Shown piece after piece: positions 1 to 12,825 of a DNA stretch of 64,000 bases. The position numbers were made by a program, and so were the translations under genes. How positions within the stretch are numbered: the first letter of the stretch is position 1; each line of letters begins with the position of its first letter. The notes below the pieces were generated by a model. That model did no database searches, had not been told where the DNA came from, and saw only the letters and a program-made list of their open reading frames with translations. Source of the stretch: Mobula hypostoma (lineage: Eukaryota); assembly GCF_963921235.1 (NCBI RefSeq), contig NC_086120.1:8184001-8248000 (forward strand). The letters are read 5' to 3'.

Positions 1-59
1 GGGAAAAGTGGGACGATATTGCCCAAACACTGAGATTGCATGCATAATTGTTTTGTATA

Positions 60-1500
60 CATGTATGTACAGTCAGATATGTGATCAGATCAACGTGTAT
101 TGATCAATCTAATGGCCTGTTAAAAGAAGCTGCTCTGGAGCCTATTAGTCCTGGTCTGAATGCTGCCGTACTTTTTGCCAGATGAAAGCAGCTGAAACAG
201 TTTGTGGTTAGAGTGGCTCCATCCCCTGATGATCTTCTGGACCCTTTTTTATGCACCTGCTACAGTCAGTGTACTGAACAGAGGAAAGTTCACATCTACA
301 GATGTACTGGGCTGTCTATACCACTCTGTGATTGAGGGCAGTACAGTTCCCGACCAGGCGCTGACACAGCCAGTCAGGATGACACGCACAGTCAAGATGC
401 TCTCAATGGTGCCCCTGTAGAAAGTCCTGAGGATCTGAGGACACATGCCTACCTTCTTCAGCAGTCTGAGGTGAATGAGGCGCTGTTGTGCTGTTTCCAC
501 AACACAGCCGTATGTACAGTCCAGGTGAGATCCTCAGTGGTACACCAAGGAATTTGACCTATTCACCCTCTAAAAATACAGTCCCATTGATATCAGTAAG
601 GCCAAGGTTGTCTCCATTCCTCCTGTAATTTATGAGCAGCTTCTTTGTTTTTCTTGACATTGGGGGAGAGGCTGTTTTCTTGGCACTACTGCATCAGGGC
701 ATTGACTTCTCCTCTGTAGGCTGCCCCAGCATTGTTGGAAATAAGGCTTGTCAATGTTGTGTCATCTGCACATTTGATCAGCAGATTGGAGCTGTGCAAG
801 GCAACACAGTTATGGCTGTATAGTGTGTAGAGTAAGGGGCTCAGGATACAGCACTGGGGAGCCCCTGTGTTGAGGGTCAGAGGGTCAGAGGTGAGGGAGC
901 TCATCCTTACCACCTGCCGGTGATTCAACATCAATACCAGGATCCAGCTGTACATGGCGGGGTGCAGACCGAGGTCTCTGAGCTTCTTGTTGAGCCTGGG
1001 GGGATTTATGTTGTTGAATGATGAACTGTAGTCTAAGGAAGCATTCTACATTGGCATCCCTCTTCTCCAGGTGAGTGAGGACAGTTTGTTGTGCTGTGGC
1101 TTTGGCATCATCTGTGGATTGGTTGTGTCAGGAAGCAAATTATAGAGCATCCAGTGTGGGTGGTAGCATGCTGCAGATGTAGTCCTTGACCAGCCGCTCA
1201 AAGCAATTTTTTTATGATTGAGGTGAGTGCGTCAGGACGCCAATCGTTCGACATGCTACCTTTCATTTTCTTTGGTACAGGGACAATGGTGGATGTTTTG
1301 AATTAAGAGGGCACTACACACTGGAAGAGGGAAAGTTAAAAATGTCTGTGAACACACCAGGCAGCTGTGCCAGGCACACTTTGAGTACTCGTCCTGGTAT
1401 GCCATCCAGCTAGCGGTTGTTCCCCTTCACTGGGTAAAGGTCCATATACATTCACAGTCTAGAGACCGCCATGACTTTTTCAGCTCTGTACAGTGACTTC
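60..1500 (-). mobile_element. Rex1/Babar-type LINE, degenerate RT and 3' region
   Basis: Minus ORFs 686-955 (TGAPQCCILSPLLYTLYSHNC...KCADDTT, RT motifs) and 249-500 (QQRLIHLRLLKK...FYRGTIESIL) are typical Rex1 ORF segments. Confidence 0.85.
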
Positions 1501-1529
1501 TCAAACTGCTACGTTTGAAGGAATAAGGT

Positions 1530-1830
1530 CCCAGTCCTACACATGCTGTCCAAATAAACTGAAACCTGGTGACCCAGTTGCAGCTTTATACATCTTCTCT
1601 ACACTCTTTCTAATTTACTGATGTCTCTTCTATAACATGACGAGAAAAACTGTGCACAACACTTGAAGAGCAGTTTCAAAATCATCTTGCACCACTGCAG
1701 CGTAATGTTGCAACTCCCATACAGTGTCTTGACTAATTAAGGCCAGCGTGCCAAATGCTTTCAAACACCATCTTGTCCACCTGTAATGTCAACACTTCAC
1801 ACTTACCAGAGTTGAAAGTCTTTTGCCACA
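1530..1830 (-). mobile_element. CR1 LINE fragment (RT C-terminal part)
   Basis: Minus-strand FNSGKCEVL motif; resembles the CR1 copies elsewhere in the window. Confidence 0.6.
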
Positions 1831-1849
1831 GTGAAAACCATGTACTACT

Positions 1850-2045
1850 GGTGCCACCAATCAGACTGCATGTTACTGGATTCCCTTGATGATGTTGGCC
1901 GGGATGTGTTCCGAGTTGAGGACGTCTCCAATTGGAAGTGGTCACAGGTTTCATCCGGAAGTGCATTGTGGACGTTGTTCCCCAAAAATCGCTGTGGGCC
2001 TACCCAAACCACACACCCTGGGTTGGTAGTTCCGTATACGCTGCA
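1850..2045 (+). mobile_element. Rex1-type LINE fragment
   Basis: Frameshifted reading DSLDDVGRDVF..VVTGFIRKCIVDVVPQKSLWAYPNHTPW resembles the Rex1 EN-RT linker. Confidence 0.55.
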
Positions 2046-2829
2046 CTACTGCGCAAGACAACGGAGCAAGTGCTACATATGTCTTTACACTTCCTCCCTT
2101 AACCCCACTCAGGGCCCCAGACAGTCCTTCCAGGTGAGGCGATACTTCACTTGTGAGTCGTCTGGGGTGATATACTGCGTCCGGTGCTCCTGATGTGGCC
2201 TTTTATATATTGGCGAGAGCCGACGCAGACTGGGAGGTCGTTTTGCTGAACACCTATGCTCTGTCTGCCAGAGAAAGCAGGATCTCCCAGTGGCCACACA
2301 TTTTAATTCCACATCCCATTCCCATTCTGATATGTCTATCCACGGCCTCCTCTACTGTAAAGATGAAGCCACACTCAGGTTGGAGGAACAACAACTTATA
2401 TTCCTTCTGGGTAGCCTCCAACCTGATGGCATGAAGATTGACTTCTCAAACTTCCGCTAATGCCCCACCTCCCCCTCGTACCCCATCCGTTATTTATTTT
2501 TTTCTCCCTCTGTCCCTCTGACTATACCTTTTGCCCATCCTCTGGGTTTTCCCGCCCCTCTCCCTTTTCCTTCTCCCTGGGCCTCCTGTCCCATGAACCT
2601 CTCGTATCCCTTTTGCCAATCACCTGTCCAGCTCTTGGCTCCATCCTTCCCCTTCCTGTCTTCTCCTATCATTTTGGATCTTCCCCTCTCCCTCCCACTT
2701 TCAAATCTCTTACTAGCTCTTCTTTCAGTTAGTCGTGACAAAGGGTCTCGGCCCGAAGCGTCGACTGTACCACTTCCTAATGATGCTGCCTGGCCTGCTG
2801 CGTTCACCAGTAACTTTGATGTGTGTTGC
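2046..2829 (+). mobile_element. Penelope-like retroelement 3' part (GIY-YIG endonuclease and 3' tail)
   Basis: Reads RYFTCESSGVIYCVRCS*CGLLYIGESRRRL, followed by the tail aagggtctcggcccgaagcgtcgactg. Confidence 0.85.
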
Positions 2830-3179
2830 TATATCATGTTTATGCTTGTTTCCAGCAGGTCAACACTGAACCCGAGCGAAGAGCCACCAGCCCAACCCGC
2901 ACCTTGTTCATCTCTGACGCGGAGGTACTAGATGAGTGGTGACATTTGTTTGCTAGCACTGAGCATCCGTTTGTTGTCTCAATGGCTCAGACGAATTAGC
3001 TTTTATCCAATTTTCATTTCTTTATAACCGCTTTAATAATGTCATTACTTATCATCCAAGTTCCAAGAACATAAAACCTGACACCCTATCTAAGCAAGCT
3101 GAACCCCCACCAACACACCTTCATCAACCCTCCCCCGCCAAGCCTGATTCAATTGATAGGCCGGAGTCGGTACTTCAGG

Positions 3180-4957
3180 AGAATTAACTTTTGGCTCATC
3201 TGATAGTTGATCCCCAAGTAGAAACACACTGGAGGGCAGTAAACTAGTTTCCAGTAATGTTCCCCTAGATCACCCTTTCTTGCCACCTGAACTTCGGTTG
3301 GATGTCCTCAAATGGGGGTATGCATCCAAGATAAGACCCCACACTGGAATGTCACATACCCTAGAATTCATAACAAAGACATTATTGGTGGTCTGGTATT
3401 AAACGGGACATCAAGTCATTTGTCCAAGCCATTGACATTTATGTCCGTTCCAAACAATTGAATCCCACTCCGTTCCCTCCCCATCCCCTCCATACCCTGG
3501 TTCCATCTCCCTCTGCGTTTAATTACTGCCCCCCTCACCACTGCCACCTTCATGCTCCTTTACTCTTATTTTAATCACTGTTGCTCGATTTTACAAGGCT
3601 TCTATTTTTTTCCCTCCTTACTGCATTTTCATCATCTCGTGATGACATAGCTCGTCATCTTTTATTGCAGCAGGTGTTTTGGGTACATAGGTTTCCTTCT
3701 GATAATGTCTGCACAGCAGTTTATAATTTACTTCCAAGTTTCAGAAAGCATTTCGCAAACTTCTAGCTTTACTTCCAGTTTTCACCCACAGACGGATGGT
3801 CAGATCTAAGGGACTAACTAAGGTTTGGAACTCACTCGTTGTTGCCCTGTTTCTGGTATCAACCCTCTTGGAGTGACCGTTTAATTTGGGCAGGATTAGT
3901 TCATAACATCCTTCACTATTATTAGCTTAACACGTCTCCTTTCAAATGCCAATTTGGGTTTAAGTCTTTTCTATTTCTCGAGCATGAAGTGGAAGTCAGT
4001 GTTGCATCGATTAAGCAGTTTGTCGAGTAATCTAAACAGCGATGGCTTAAAACCAAGAGGATATTGACATACTTCAGTGAGTCAATAAGAGGAGACAACT
4101 GAATTATTCTTTTGCTTGGGTCTACCCAAGCCGTTCCCCTTAAAATAGAATCATGGAAGCTAGCTCTTAGTTTCATTGGGCCTTACTAAGAGGATTGTTA
4201 AGAGAATAAATCCTGTAATTTAAAGATTACAGCTACACAGGTCTTCCTGGATCCTTCTCAATTTTCACATCTCTAAACTTACATTAATACTCTGTAGTCC
4301 TGTGGCTCCTATTCCTAAGCCTATCCCTCCTCCTAGAAACATAGATCTAGCTCATAATTACACTGCTCAGAGATTGCTTGACCCCTGGCAAGATAAGGGG
4401 CAATTCCAGTCTTTAGCTGAGCGAGGGAGGAGAGAAGTTGGGTTCCAGTCCAGGATATTTTAGATCCTGATCTGATTACTGGTTTTCATTGGCTTCACCT
4501 CAATCACCCTAAGCTGCCAGGAGTCGGTTTTGATAGGGGATTCTGTCACAACTAGGAGTCATTTTTTCACAGTGGAACCTCATGAGTATGCAATGTTCCT
4601 TGGATTGTTTACCCTTGTTGTCTAATTATTTATCTTTGGACGAGCACTGGGTTTTTGCTTTGTGATTCTGGTGTTCCATTCGGTATCATGGAGATTGTTA
4701 AATTATGCTTGTGTTTATCACCTTTGTTCAATTTGTGCAGATTTAATTACCACACAATTTTCTATGTGTTGCAGCCTGCTTAATTTTATATACCTCCAAG
4801 TCTGCGTATCATGAATGATGCAGTTCTTCTAGTTTCTGTATAGTTTCTCTGAGTTCTTGTTAGGTTTGCTGCTTAATATCTGCATTTTTTTTTTGTCCTG
4901 ATTGAACTGCCAGAGTTTCTAGGATTCCAGCAGTTCAGTTTGCATGTGACCCTGACA
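3180..4957 (+). mobile_element. Gypsy LTR retrotransposon remnant: integrase/chromodomain and 3' LTR (4544-4957)
   Basis: Degenerate integrase zinc-binding region (LRLDVLKWG...HYWWSGIKRDIKSFVQA). A purine tract precedes a TG...CA LTR. Paralogous to 37509-38339. Confidence 0.7.
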
Positions 4958-5560
4958 AGGGTCCCTTTTAATTCTTTCTCTCACCTTAAACCTAAGCACT
5001 GTAGATTTAATTAACTTTCCCTTGGAATAACTGTGGGTAATTACCCTGTCTATGCCCCTGTACATTTTAAGCACCAATGTTAGGTCATCCTCAATCTCTT
5101 GCTCTACAAGAGAAAGGTAATCACCTGCCACTATAATACAGGCCCTCAGCCGTAGCAATATTCTGAAAAATCTCTCCTTTTGCACTCTTTCCAGGGGTTA
5201 TCGTTTCTTCAACAGAGGGATGAAAATTGTACAGATGCCTCAGGTGTAGCCTCACCATTGTCTCATACAACGGCAGTATAATGACTTGGCAACAATACTC
5301 ATATGCTGACTGATAAAGGATGTTGTGCCAAATCACTTTGCCACCATTCTGTCCATCTGTGACACCACATTCAGTGAACAATATACTGGCACTCCTACAT
5401 CCCTTTGTTCAACAGCGCTGCCTAGTACACTAACGTTTGCTAAATTCATATCATCCTGTTTTGCCTTCCCAAATTTAAAATCCCTGCACTTAGCTATATT
5501 GAATACCATTTGCCATTCCTCCGTCCACTTTCCTCACTACTCTAGATCCCCTTGTAATTT
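4958..5560 (-). mobile_element. CR1 LINE 3' fragment
   Basis: Minus ORFs 5121-5381 and 4919-5185 resemble the CR1 RT C-terminus (ILPLYETMVRLHL; LKMYRGIDRV). Confidence 0.7.
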
Positions 5561-5589
5561 TTAATATGTATAAAAATATTCAGTCCTCT

Positions 5590-8500
5590 ATTGTCCAAGG
5601 AATCCTCACCAAAAGTAAAATATTTTATTAGCCTATTGTTCAAGAACAAACACAAGTTTGGCTCTCGTAATTTGAGAGGGTTTCTCGGGTCACCACCTCA
5701 GGGAGAATCAACGCCAGGGTCTTAATTAGCCACCTTCATCAGCGCGCCAAATGTTCTCAGAATCACAGTGTAAAATGTATTCATGCATAGCCACAGTGAA
5801 CGTGATCTCCATTGTAAAGAAATCCCTTTAACTACACCCACCAGGAGAGTTTATTGAACAATCTCCTCAAATTTGGTTTGTAATAAAAATAATCTCCATT
5901 TAACATTTGCTCCAGAAACATCTGACAATACAACAAAGTTTCAATCTCTCCTGAACACTTTTCTCGGTCAGTCTTTTTTTGTACATAACAGTTGACCTCG
6001 AACAACCCTCCTGAGGAAGTGGAGATCATCTCCAGGACAAATGGGAATCTCTTCTGCCCTGATGACTGCATTCTTGAATCAAAGAATCTCAAACTTCACT
6101 GGTCAACCTGCTATATGTGTTAATACACGCACCCAACCGCGCCACCATCCATGGTTTAGGCGCTCTAACTATCTAGAATATGGACAGCAGGCTCAGACCC
6201 TTTAAAGATTCAGGCCGCATCACAAATAGCGGAGGTGTTTTGGCACCAGGATTTAATATTTAAAGTTCACCTGAACTGAGGATCAGTGCACAACCGTAGG
6301 CTCACTTAAATTATTGGCTAGTATCTTGTTTTCTTCTCAATTCCAGTTTAAATCTCGTATCGTGCCTCGATCCTAGTCTTGGATAATCCAACACTCGGAT
6401 ATTCCATCCTCGTCAAGGTCTCTCATCAGAATACGATTGCAGCAACGTGGAACCGGAGGGGTATCAGAGTCTTTCGTCAGCTGTGACCAGCAATAGCGAG
6501 AAAATTTCAAGATAGCGCCTGGAGATACACGACCTCCAGGTCGCCGTGTGCCAACTATCGCAAGCAGGGAGCTAGAGTCACTTGGGTGAGGCTGTTGGTT
6601 GCTCTGTAGCGCCAGTACCTTTTCCGGCCACAGAGAGAGATTCGATGGTAACCTGGGATCTTACCATGGCTTCCTTATTCAATGTTCGTTGGTGGTCGAA
6701 CTCCTGTCGGCCTCGTTCCGTACAATACGGAGCATCAGATTGAGTAATTCATGGACGCCATGAGAAGAAAGTTCCATCATCCCGCCTATGTCGTTGGAGT
6801 GGGTACACGTTGTCTCAACGGCACCTTCGGCCAGTAACCTTACTTATATTCAGAAGGCCAAGAGACTGAATTCCAGGCAGGCCAGGCGGTTCCTTTTCTT
6901 TAGCTGTTTTAATTTTGTCCTGACCTATCGACTTGGGCCAAAGCATCAGAAACCAAATGTCTTGTTCTGTCAGTTCGACGAACCGGAACGAGAGGAGCAG
7001 CCAACCACTGTTTTGCGCATTTGTTCAAAAGGCCCAGGTGCAAGGGGAGTTTCCCGTCAAAGGGTCTCCGGATCAGCTGCTCGTTCCTAGTTCATTCCGG
7101 TCTCAGGTACTGCAATGGGGGCAGGAATTGATAATGACCGCTTAGTCAGGGATTGCCAGGACCCTCTTGTTCATAAGAAGGGAAATTGCTGGACGAGAAT
7201 GGTGAGGGAGGTCCTTCAATACGTTCAGCCATGTAAGGTGTGCGCCCGGAAGAATGAGTTTCTCACCCAAACTCAAGGGCTCTTTCTCCCTCTGCTTGGT
7301 CCGGAAAGACCATCTGTGCACATCTCTATTGACTTTATCACAGGTATTCCTCATTCCAAGGAAAAGACTGTTGTCATAATAATTTTGTATCATTTTTCGA
7401 AGGCCTGCATATTCATTGCCCTGGACAGACTACCATCTACGGCAGAGACAGTTTATCAAGTGATGTATCGAAATTGTCTTACACCCGATCTTCAGGATCC
7501 ACAGTTTTCCGGTAGACACTTGTCGCATTGCAGTCCGCACTTTGCATCATGTTTTTGGAGGACGTTTTGTAAGATGATTGAGGCAACAATGAGTCTTTCC
7601 TCTGGATTTCACCTGCAATTCAACGACCAGATGGAGCGGGTGAACCAAGATATGAAACGAAACCTAAGATGCCTTGCCTCTGAAAAACTGGGTGAGCGGT
7701 ACGACCATTTGATGTGGGCAGAGGTCATTCACAACACTTCACAGCATTCTGCGCAGGGGATGGTCCCTTTCGAATGCCAATTTGTGTAATCTCCGCCAGT
7801 CTTCCCTGCACGGGAGGCCGAGCTTGAGTTCCTACGGCCAATTATATCGTCCGACGCTGCAAGAAATGGACTAGAACAAGGGATGTTTTGTTATCCTCTA
7901 CCCAAAAAAGTTGGAAAAATAGTCTAACCACAAGAGAAGACAGGATTCCATTTTGCAGCATGGGCAACATTTCAGGTTGTCGACCGGGATTTGCCTGTCC
8001 GGGTGGAGTCCAGGTAATTAGCGCCCACGTTCATTGGACCCTTCAGTGTTCTCAAAATAGTAAACCAAGTGGCTTATACCTTACAGCTCCCCAAGACACT
8101 CAAGATCAATCTCACTTTCCATGTTTCCAAATTAAAACCTGTGAACACCAGTCCATTAACCCCACCACCATCAGTCCCGCCACCACCCAGGTTTGCCAAT
8201 AGAGAACAGGTCTTCACCATGAGAAGAATTTTGGATCCATGAACTGTTCGGGGTGCTCGGCGGTTCCTCGTGCAATGGGAAGGATTCGGACTGGCGGAAT
8301 GGTGGTGAGTTCCTGGAAGGGACATCTTGGAGCCGGTTCTCATTCATGACTACAATTATCGCCTCTCCGAGCAGCCAGTGCTGTCAGGAATAAGTCGTAG
8401 GGGAATGTGTCCTGCTATCAGAGTCGCACCGAACCGCGGCAGGTTCCGGGGTTTAGATGCTCTGACTCTCCGGAATTTGGATAGCTGGCGCCACCTTTTT

Positions 8501-9180
8501 AATTATTCTAGCTGCCCCACTAATTGGCGGCATGTTCTTGAGCCAGGCCTTAACATTTAAAGAGCACCTGAACTATGCTCAATCGTAAATTTACTTGGAT
8601 TATCGCCGAGGGTCTTGCATTGTGCTCACCTCTCTATGCAGTCTTGTGTCATGACTTGATCATAGTCTCCGATACACCCACTTGGGTCCTAACCATCCTC
8701 ATCAAGGTCTCTCGTCACAATATGCAGTTGATCACAGCATTGTACATACTCAGAGGCTGTGCTCCAAAGCGTTGCTCACCATTTTGTTATGGAATGCAGT
8801 AGAACTAACCTTACACTCAATATTCACAAGACAAAAACCCTCCACCAAACTGCATTGTTCAAGCCGTGAACTCTTCCTTGATCGCAGTCACCACTCAGTG
8901 AAGACAGACATTAATGATGAAAGTCAGCACTGCCATTAATGAGCCGGAAAACAATTTGGTTGACTAAGGATGAGGGTATTTTAAGATCCAGACCTCAATC
9001 CTCTCACACAACTCACAGTTCACCAGGTGGCAGATATCTCTGTCCTCTGAGATACATCTGAGCTCTAACTTACCTGCAGCAGACATCTGAAGGCACCACA
9101 ACAGTGCCATAAATCCACAAAGTTTATTGTAAGGACAAGTGAATCAATGTTAATGGTCTGTCCCAGATCAATACCACCAG
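5590..9180 (+). mobile_element. Very old RTE-clade LINE relic, split by the Gypsy insertion at 6118-8719
   Basis: Removing the Gypsy and one TSD gives frameshifted LLNNLLKFG...PEEVEIISRTNGNLF...YSEAVLQSVAHHFVMECSRTNLTLNIHKTKTLHQ, which matches the RTE RT region. Confidence 0.6.
6118..8719 (+). mobile_element. Internally deleted Gypsy (chromovirus-like) element with both LTRs (6118-6430, 8408-8719) and 5-bp TSD ATATG
   Basis: ATATG at 6113-6117 and 8720-8724. Contains a gag relic (ERFDGNLGSYHGFL), the RNase H end (KAKRLNSRQARRFLFF), integrase ORF 7115-7789 (ISIDFITGIP, HLQFNDQMERVNQ), a chromodomain relic and a PPT before the 3' LTR. No protease or RT seen. Confidence 0.85.
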
Positions 9181-9199
9181 GTCTGATTCCATAATTAAC

Positions 9200-9545
9200 G
9201 CTCATTTAGTCACAGAGTCAGAGCACAGAAACAGGCCTTCAGTCCAGGTACTGTGTGCCGTTCCACTTAATTTGTCTTGTCCCATCGACCTGCACTCCGA
9301 CCATAACCCCAATGTCCCTTCTACCCAAATTTCTCTTAAATATTGAAATCAGAATTGCATCCACCACTTGTGCTGGCAGCTCGTTCCTCCAAAAGAAGTT
9401 ACCCCTCATGTTTCCCTTAAGCATTTCACCTTTCACTTCTAGATGTTGGCTCACCAAAGCCTCAGTGAAAAAAAAACTGCTTCCGTTTAACCTAGCTACA
9501 CCTCTCTTAATTTTATATACCTAGATCAACGCTCCCCTCAATGTT
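9200..9545 (-). mobile_element. CR1 3' end fragment
   Basis: Minus ORF 9239-9457 (KGNMRGNFF..WNELPAQVVDA-like). Confidence 0.65.
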
Positions 9546-9599
9546 CTAGACTATAGGGCAGTCCTTCTCATCCTGCTTTGCCCTAAATAATTTACAGGT

Positions 9600-12160
9600 C
9601 TCAGGGAACATCTGCATAAGAATAATTATATCTACAGTTCAGAGTACATTAGTGTGATCAGTAAGTCGTAGATATAATAATCCCAAAGTAATTGCCAACG
9701 ATCTTTTCTGCAGGTGGTTTTCAATGAGATCAGAGGCTTTCTGATCCTTTCTCACTCACACGCCCAAGCAGCAATGGAAATATTTCAAGATTTCCTTTTG
9801 CAACATGATTTTTCCAAAGATTCAGTTTCCTTTTAAACCCAAGAATCCTGTTACTTGATATCAAATAATTTTAAATGGGGCCTTGCAGAGACTTGTTCAA
9901 CTCATCTATATGAGGAAAAATGTATGCTAAGTAGGCTAGTTTCTGCTGCCATTCTTCATTTTCAAAGCACTCAGCAAAATCTGGCCTACTGTTTTATTGA
10001 AAGTACTGCTGCATTTCAATTTTCAGCTCAAATATCCTGTTAAGAATTCTAAACCACCGGATTTCTGTGTGTAGTAGGAGATTGATGTGTTCTTTGTCCA
10101 GATTTTCACACAGTATTTTAAACATTCTTGAGTGAAATGGTCATCGATTAATAATATAAAACATTTTTGTAACATCATCCAAAACATTTTTCATTTCATC
10201 TCCAAGAGTTTTTGACATCTGAAGAAAGCAGTGAGCTGTGACACTATCAGGATTTTCTTTTTTTTTACAGGAGAAATGAAACCTCTAATGGAGGGAGCCA
10301 TTGATGGGGCAACATCAGTACAGATGCCAACACAGTTCCTCGAAGACAGACCATTTGTTTCCAGATATGAAGACAAAACTTTAAACATATCTTGGCCTTT
10401 CTTTGTTTCGGGCAGCTCTTTGCAACAGGATTTTTGCTTTTTTGAATGTCATCATCATTTACAAATCTTACAAATACTACAACATGTTATTCGTTGGTGA
10501 AATCTGTTTCCTCAACAACCTGGATACAGAAGCTGTTGTTTTTTTCAGTTTATCACACAACATCTCTTCAGCATCATGCGACGTGCAATCAATACGTCGA
10601 ACTATCGCACTGTTTGAGAGTGGCAGCGTTCTCAATGGAAGAACAACAGAACATGCAATAACACGTTCAGAAACTACTATATGCGGACGGCTGTGCTATT
10701 CTCATGCTCACAGAGGACGTGCTACAGGCTGCAGTTACTCAGTTCGCCAAGGCTGCAAGAGCATTCGGGTTAATGGTAAACCTGAAGAAAGCAATGATCC
10801 TGCATCAGAAGCCCCCTCGTGGCGTTTACAATATACCTGGAATCAACACTGACGACCACCCTCTCACCACCGTTGAGCAGTTCACCTTCCTGGGCAGCGT
10901 TACTTCCAACGGCGCTACTGTAGTAAGGGATGTTAGCAATCGACTCGCCACAGCTACCAGTGCCTTTGGGCGCGTCCAGAATCGTGCGTGTTAAAATGAG
11001 CAGCTGCGCGTGTCCACAAAAAATCAGGTGTACAGGGCTGCGGTCACCAGAACACTGCTATACAGCTCGAAAGCCTGGGTCTTGTACCGCAAGCAAATCG
11101 TGTTGCTCGAGCGCTTCCATCAGGGCTGGCTACGATCCATCACGGGTATCAGCTGGCAGGATCGTGGCTTCAACAACGAGGACCTGGCCAAGGCTCAACC
11201 TCCAAGCACTGAAGTCACTTTACTGATCAGGCAGCTCCGGTGGCCAGACCACGTGTCTCGCAGGGACCACTCCGGATTACCGAAGACAGTACTCTACGGA
11301 AAACTCTCTCAGGATTGAAGAGATCGTGGTGCCCCGTGCAAGAGATACAAAGACCAACTTAAGCAGTAGCGCCCTCAGGCAACTATCGAGGTCAAAGAGT
11401 GGCAGGTGCTGGCTTGTGACAGAGACCGCAGGAGAACGTTGAACCTCGGGGCGGCCAAGAATTTTGAGGGATCCAGATGAGCCACTGCTGAAGAGAAGAG
11501 GGCACGCAGGATAGGTCCTACTATGCAAGCGCCCGCATCCAAATTGTTCCGGTGTGCCTACTGCGCCGGAGTCTGCAGATCCAGCATTGGCCTTTAGAGA
11601 CACCAACGATCCTGCTATCCCTCCTGTGAGCTCTTCTTACCACCTGATCCTGGCAAGCGAAGAACCAGCCACCATCATCATTGAGCGTGAAACCTTTTCC
11701 ATTTCTCGTACTACATCTTGCGTTATACCAACGATATTTTTATATGCTGGCACTATTAGGTTCTCAGCAACTGTGTGACTGCGTTAATAAAAATATGAAA
11801 TTGGGTGAGTCAATTAAATGCACGGAAAACGATCGTCACGCTGCTTATCATGGAGTCTTCCCCTCCATGCAATACAGGGCTCACCAATTATCAGCCACTG
11901 TCCCACCCCCCCACCCCGCAATACAGCGCTCACCAATTATCAATGGCCTTCCCTACCTCGCGTTAAAAACTGAGAATGAACTCAACTAAATAAACGCGAT
12001 CCGACTGCACTGACAGACCTCTAACGAGGCGGGGCTGCTCGGCCACTGTCCGCCACTGCGAGCGCCAGCATCGCGCGCTGCTCGAAGTTGAATAATCTTA
12101 ATTTATCTTTTAATTTATTTATCACGAGTTCTGGCGGAACCTGGATTGAGGAACCTTGAT
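9600..12160 (-). mobile_element. hAT (Buster/Charlie, ZBED5/FAM200-like) transposon relic with a nested RTE
   Basis: Minus ORF 10191-10388 (MFKVLSSYLETNGLSSRNCVGICTDVAPSM). The end at ~12157 is flanked by atctag, a TA-centred hAT target. Confidence 0.8.
10625..11685 (+). mobile_element. RTE-clade LINE 3' part inserted in the hAT element
   Basis: ORFs 10704-10994 (FAKAARAFGLMVNLKKAMILHQ..FTFLGSV) and 11010-11318 (RQLRWPDHVSRRD); catcat tail. Confidence 0.85.
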
Positions 12161-12825
12161 CTAGTTAACCAATTCTTATTGATAGAATTCCTTCCCTTGT
12201 TAAACTCGAGATGTTTTGTGAGCACAACCGTTCGTAGGACTAGTCTAAATGCCTCAGCTGATGCATGAAAGAAATGACAGTACAATCTGTGAATAGAGAA
12301 CGCAATATTAGATCTAAAATTAAGGACATATTGCACCACAAACAGGAGAGAACAAGCAACGTCCTGTACTCATAGATGTGCATTATTGAAAACAAGATGT
12401 AATGTGAAAGCACCCCCTCCTTGATTCGCTGTCATCGCATAATCCAACCATTGCAACATTTAATTTCAAAGAGTTTAAGCTCCCATCTGGACAGAGGCCG
12501 CTTCTGAGCGGCAAGATATTTGCACGGTGCATGACACCAAGCTTTGGAAAGTTTTTTTTTTAAATCAACACAATTTTCACAACGGTCCAAGAGGCTTTGT
12601 GGTCAATGCTTCTTTCATGTTAAGGCCTGTCGCTCTTGCCGCACATCTGCAATTCAGTAATTTGTCTATGAATCCGTGATTACATTTGTTCACATCACAC
12701 GCACTGATACATTAGTTATGTGTGCTGGCGACAACTACTTCTATGCTTGTGCTGATAAAGAATTTCTTTCTGCTGCGACAGTGTTGGGTATGTTAGGTAT
12801 CTCCCCATTATTGTGCCAGGGCATA

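Noticed and set aside
5832-6092. Minus ORF (MRFFDSRMQ...) duplicated at ~41600-41830, at first suggestive of a viral or novel gene
   Set aside because: It is the antisense of an old RTE LINE. The plus strand, rejoined across the Gypsy TSD, gives RTE RT motifs.
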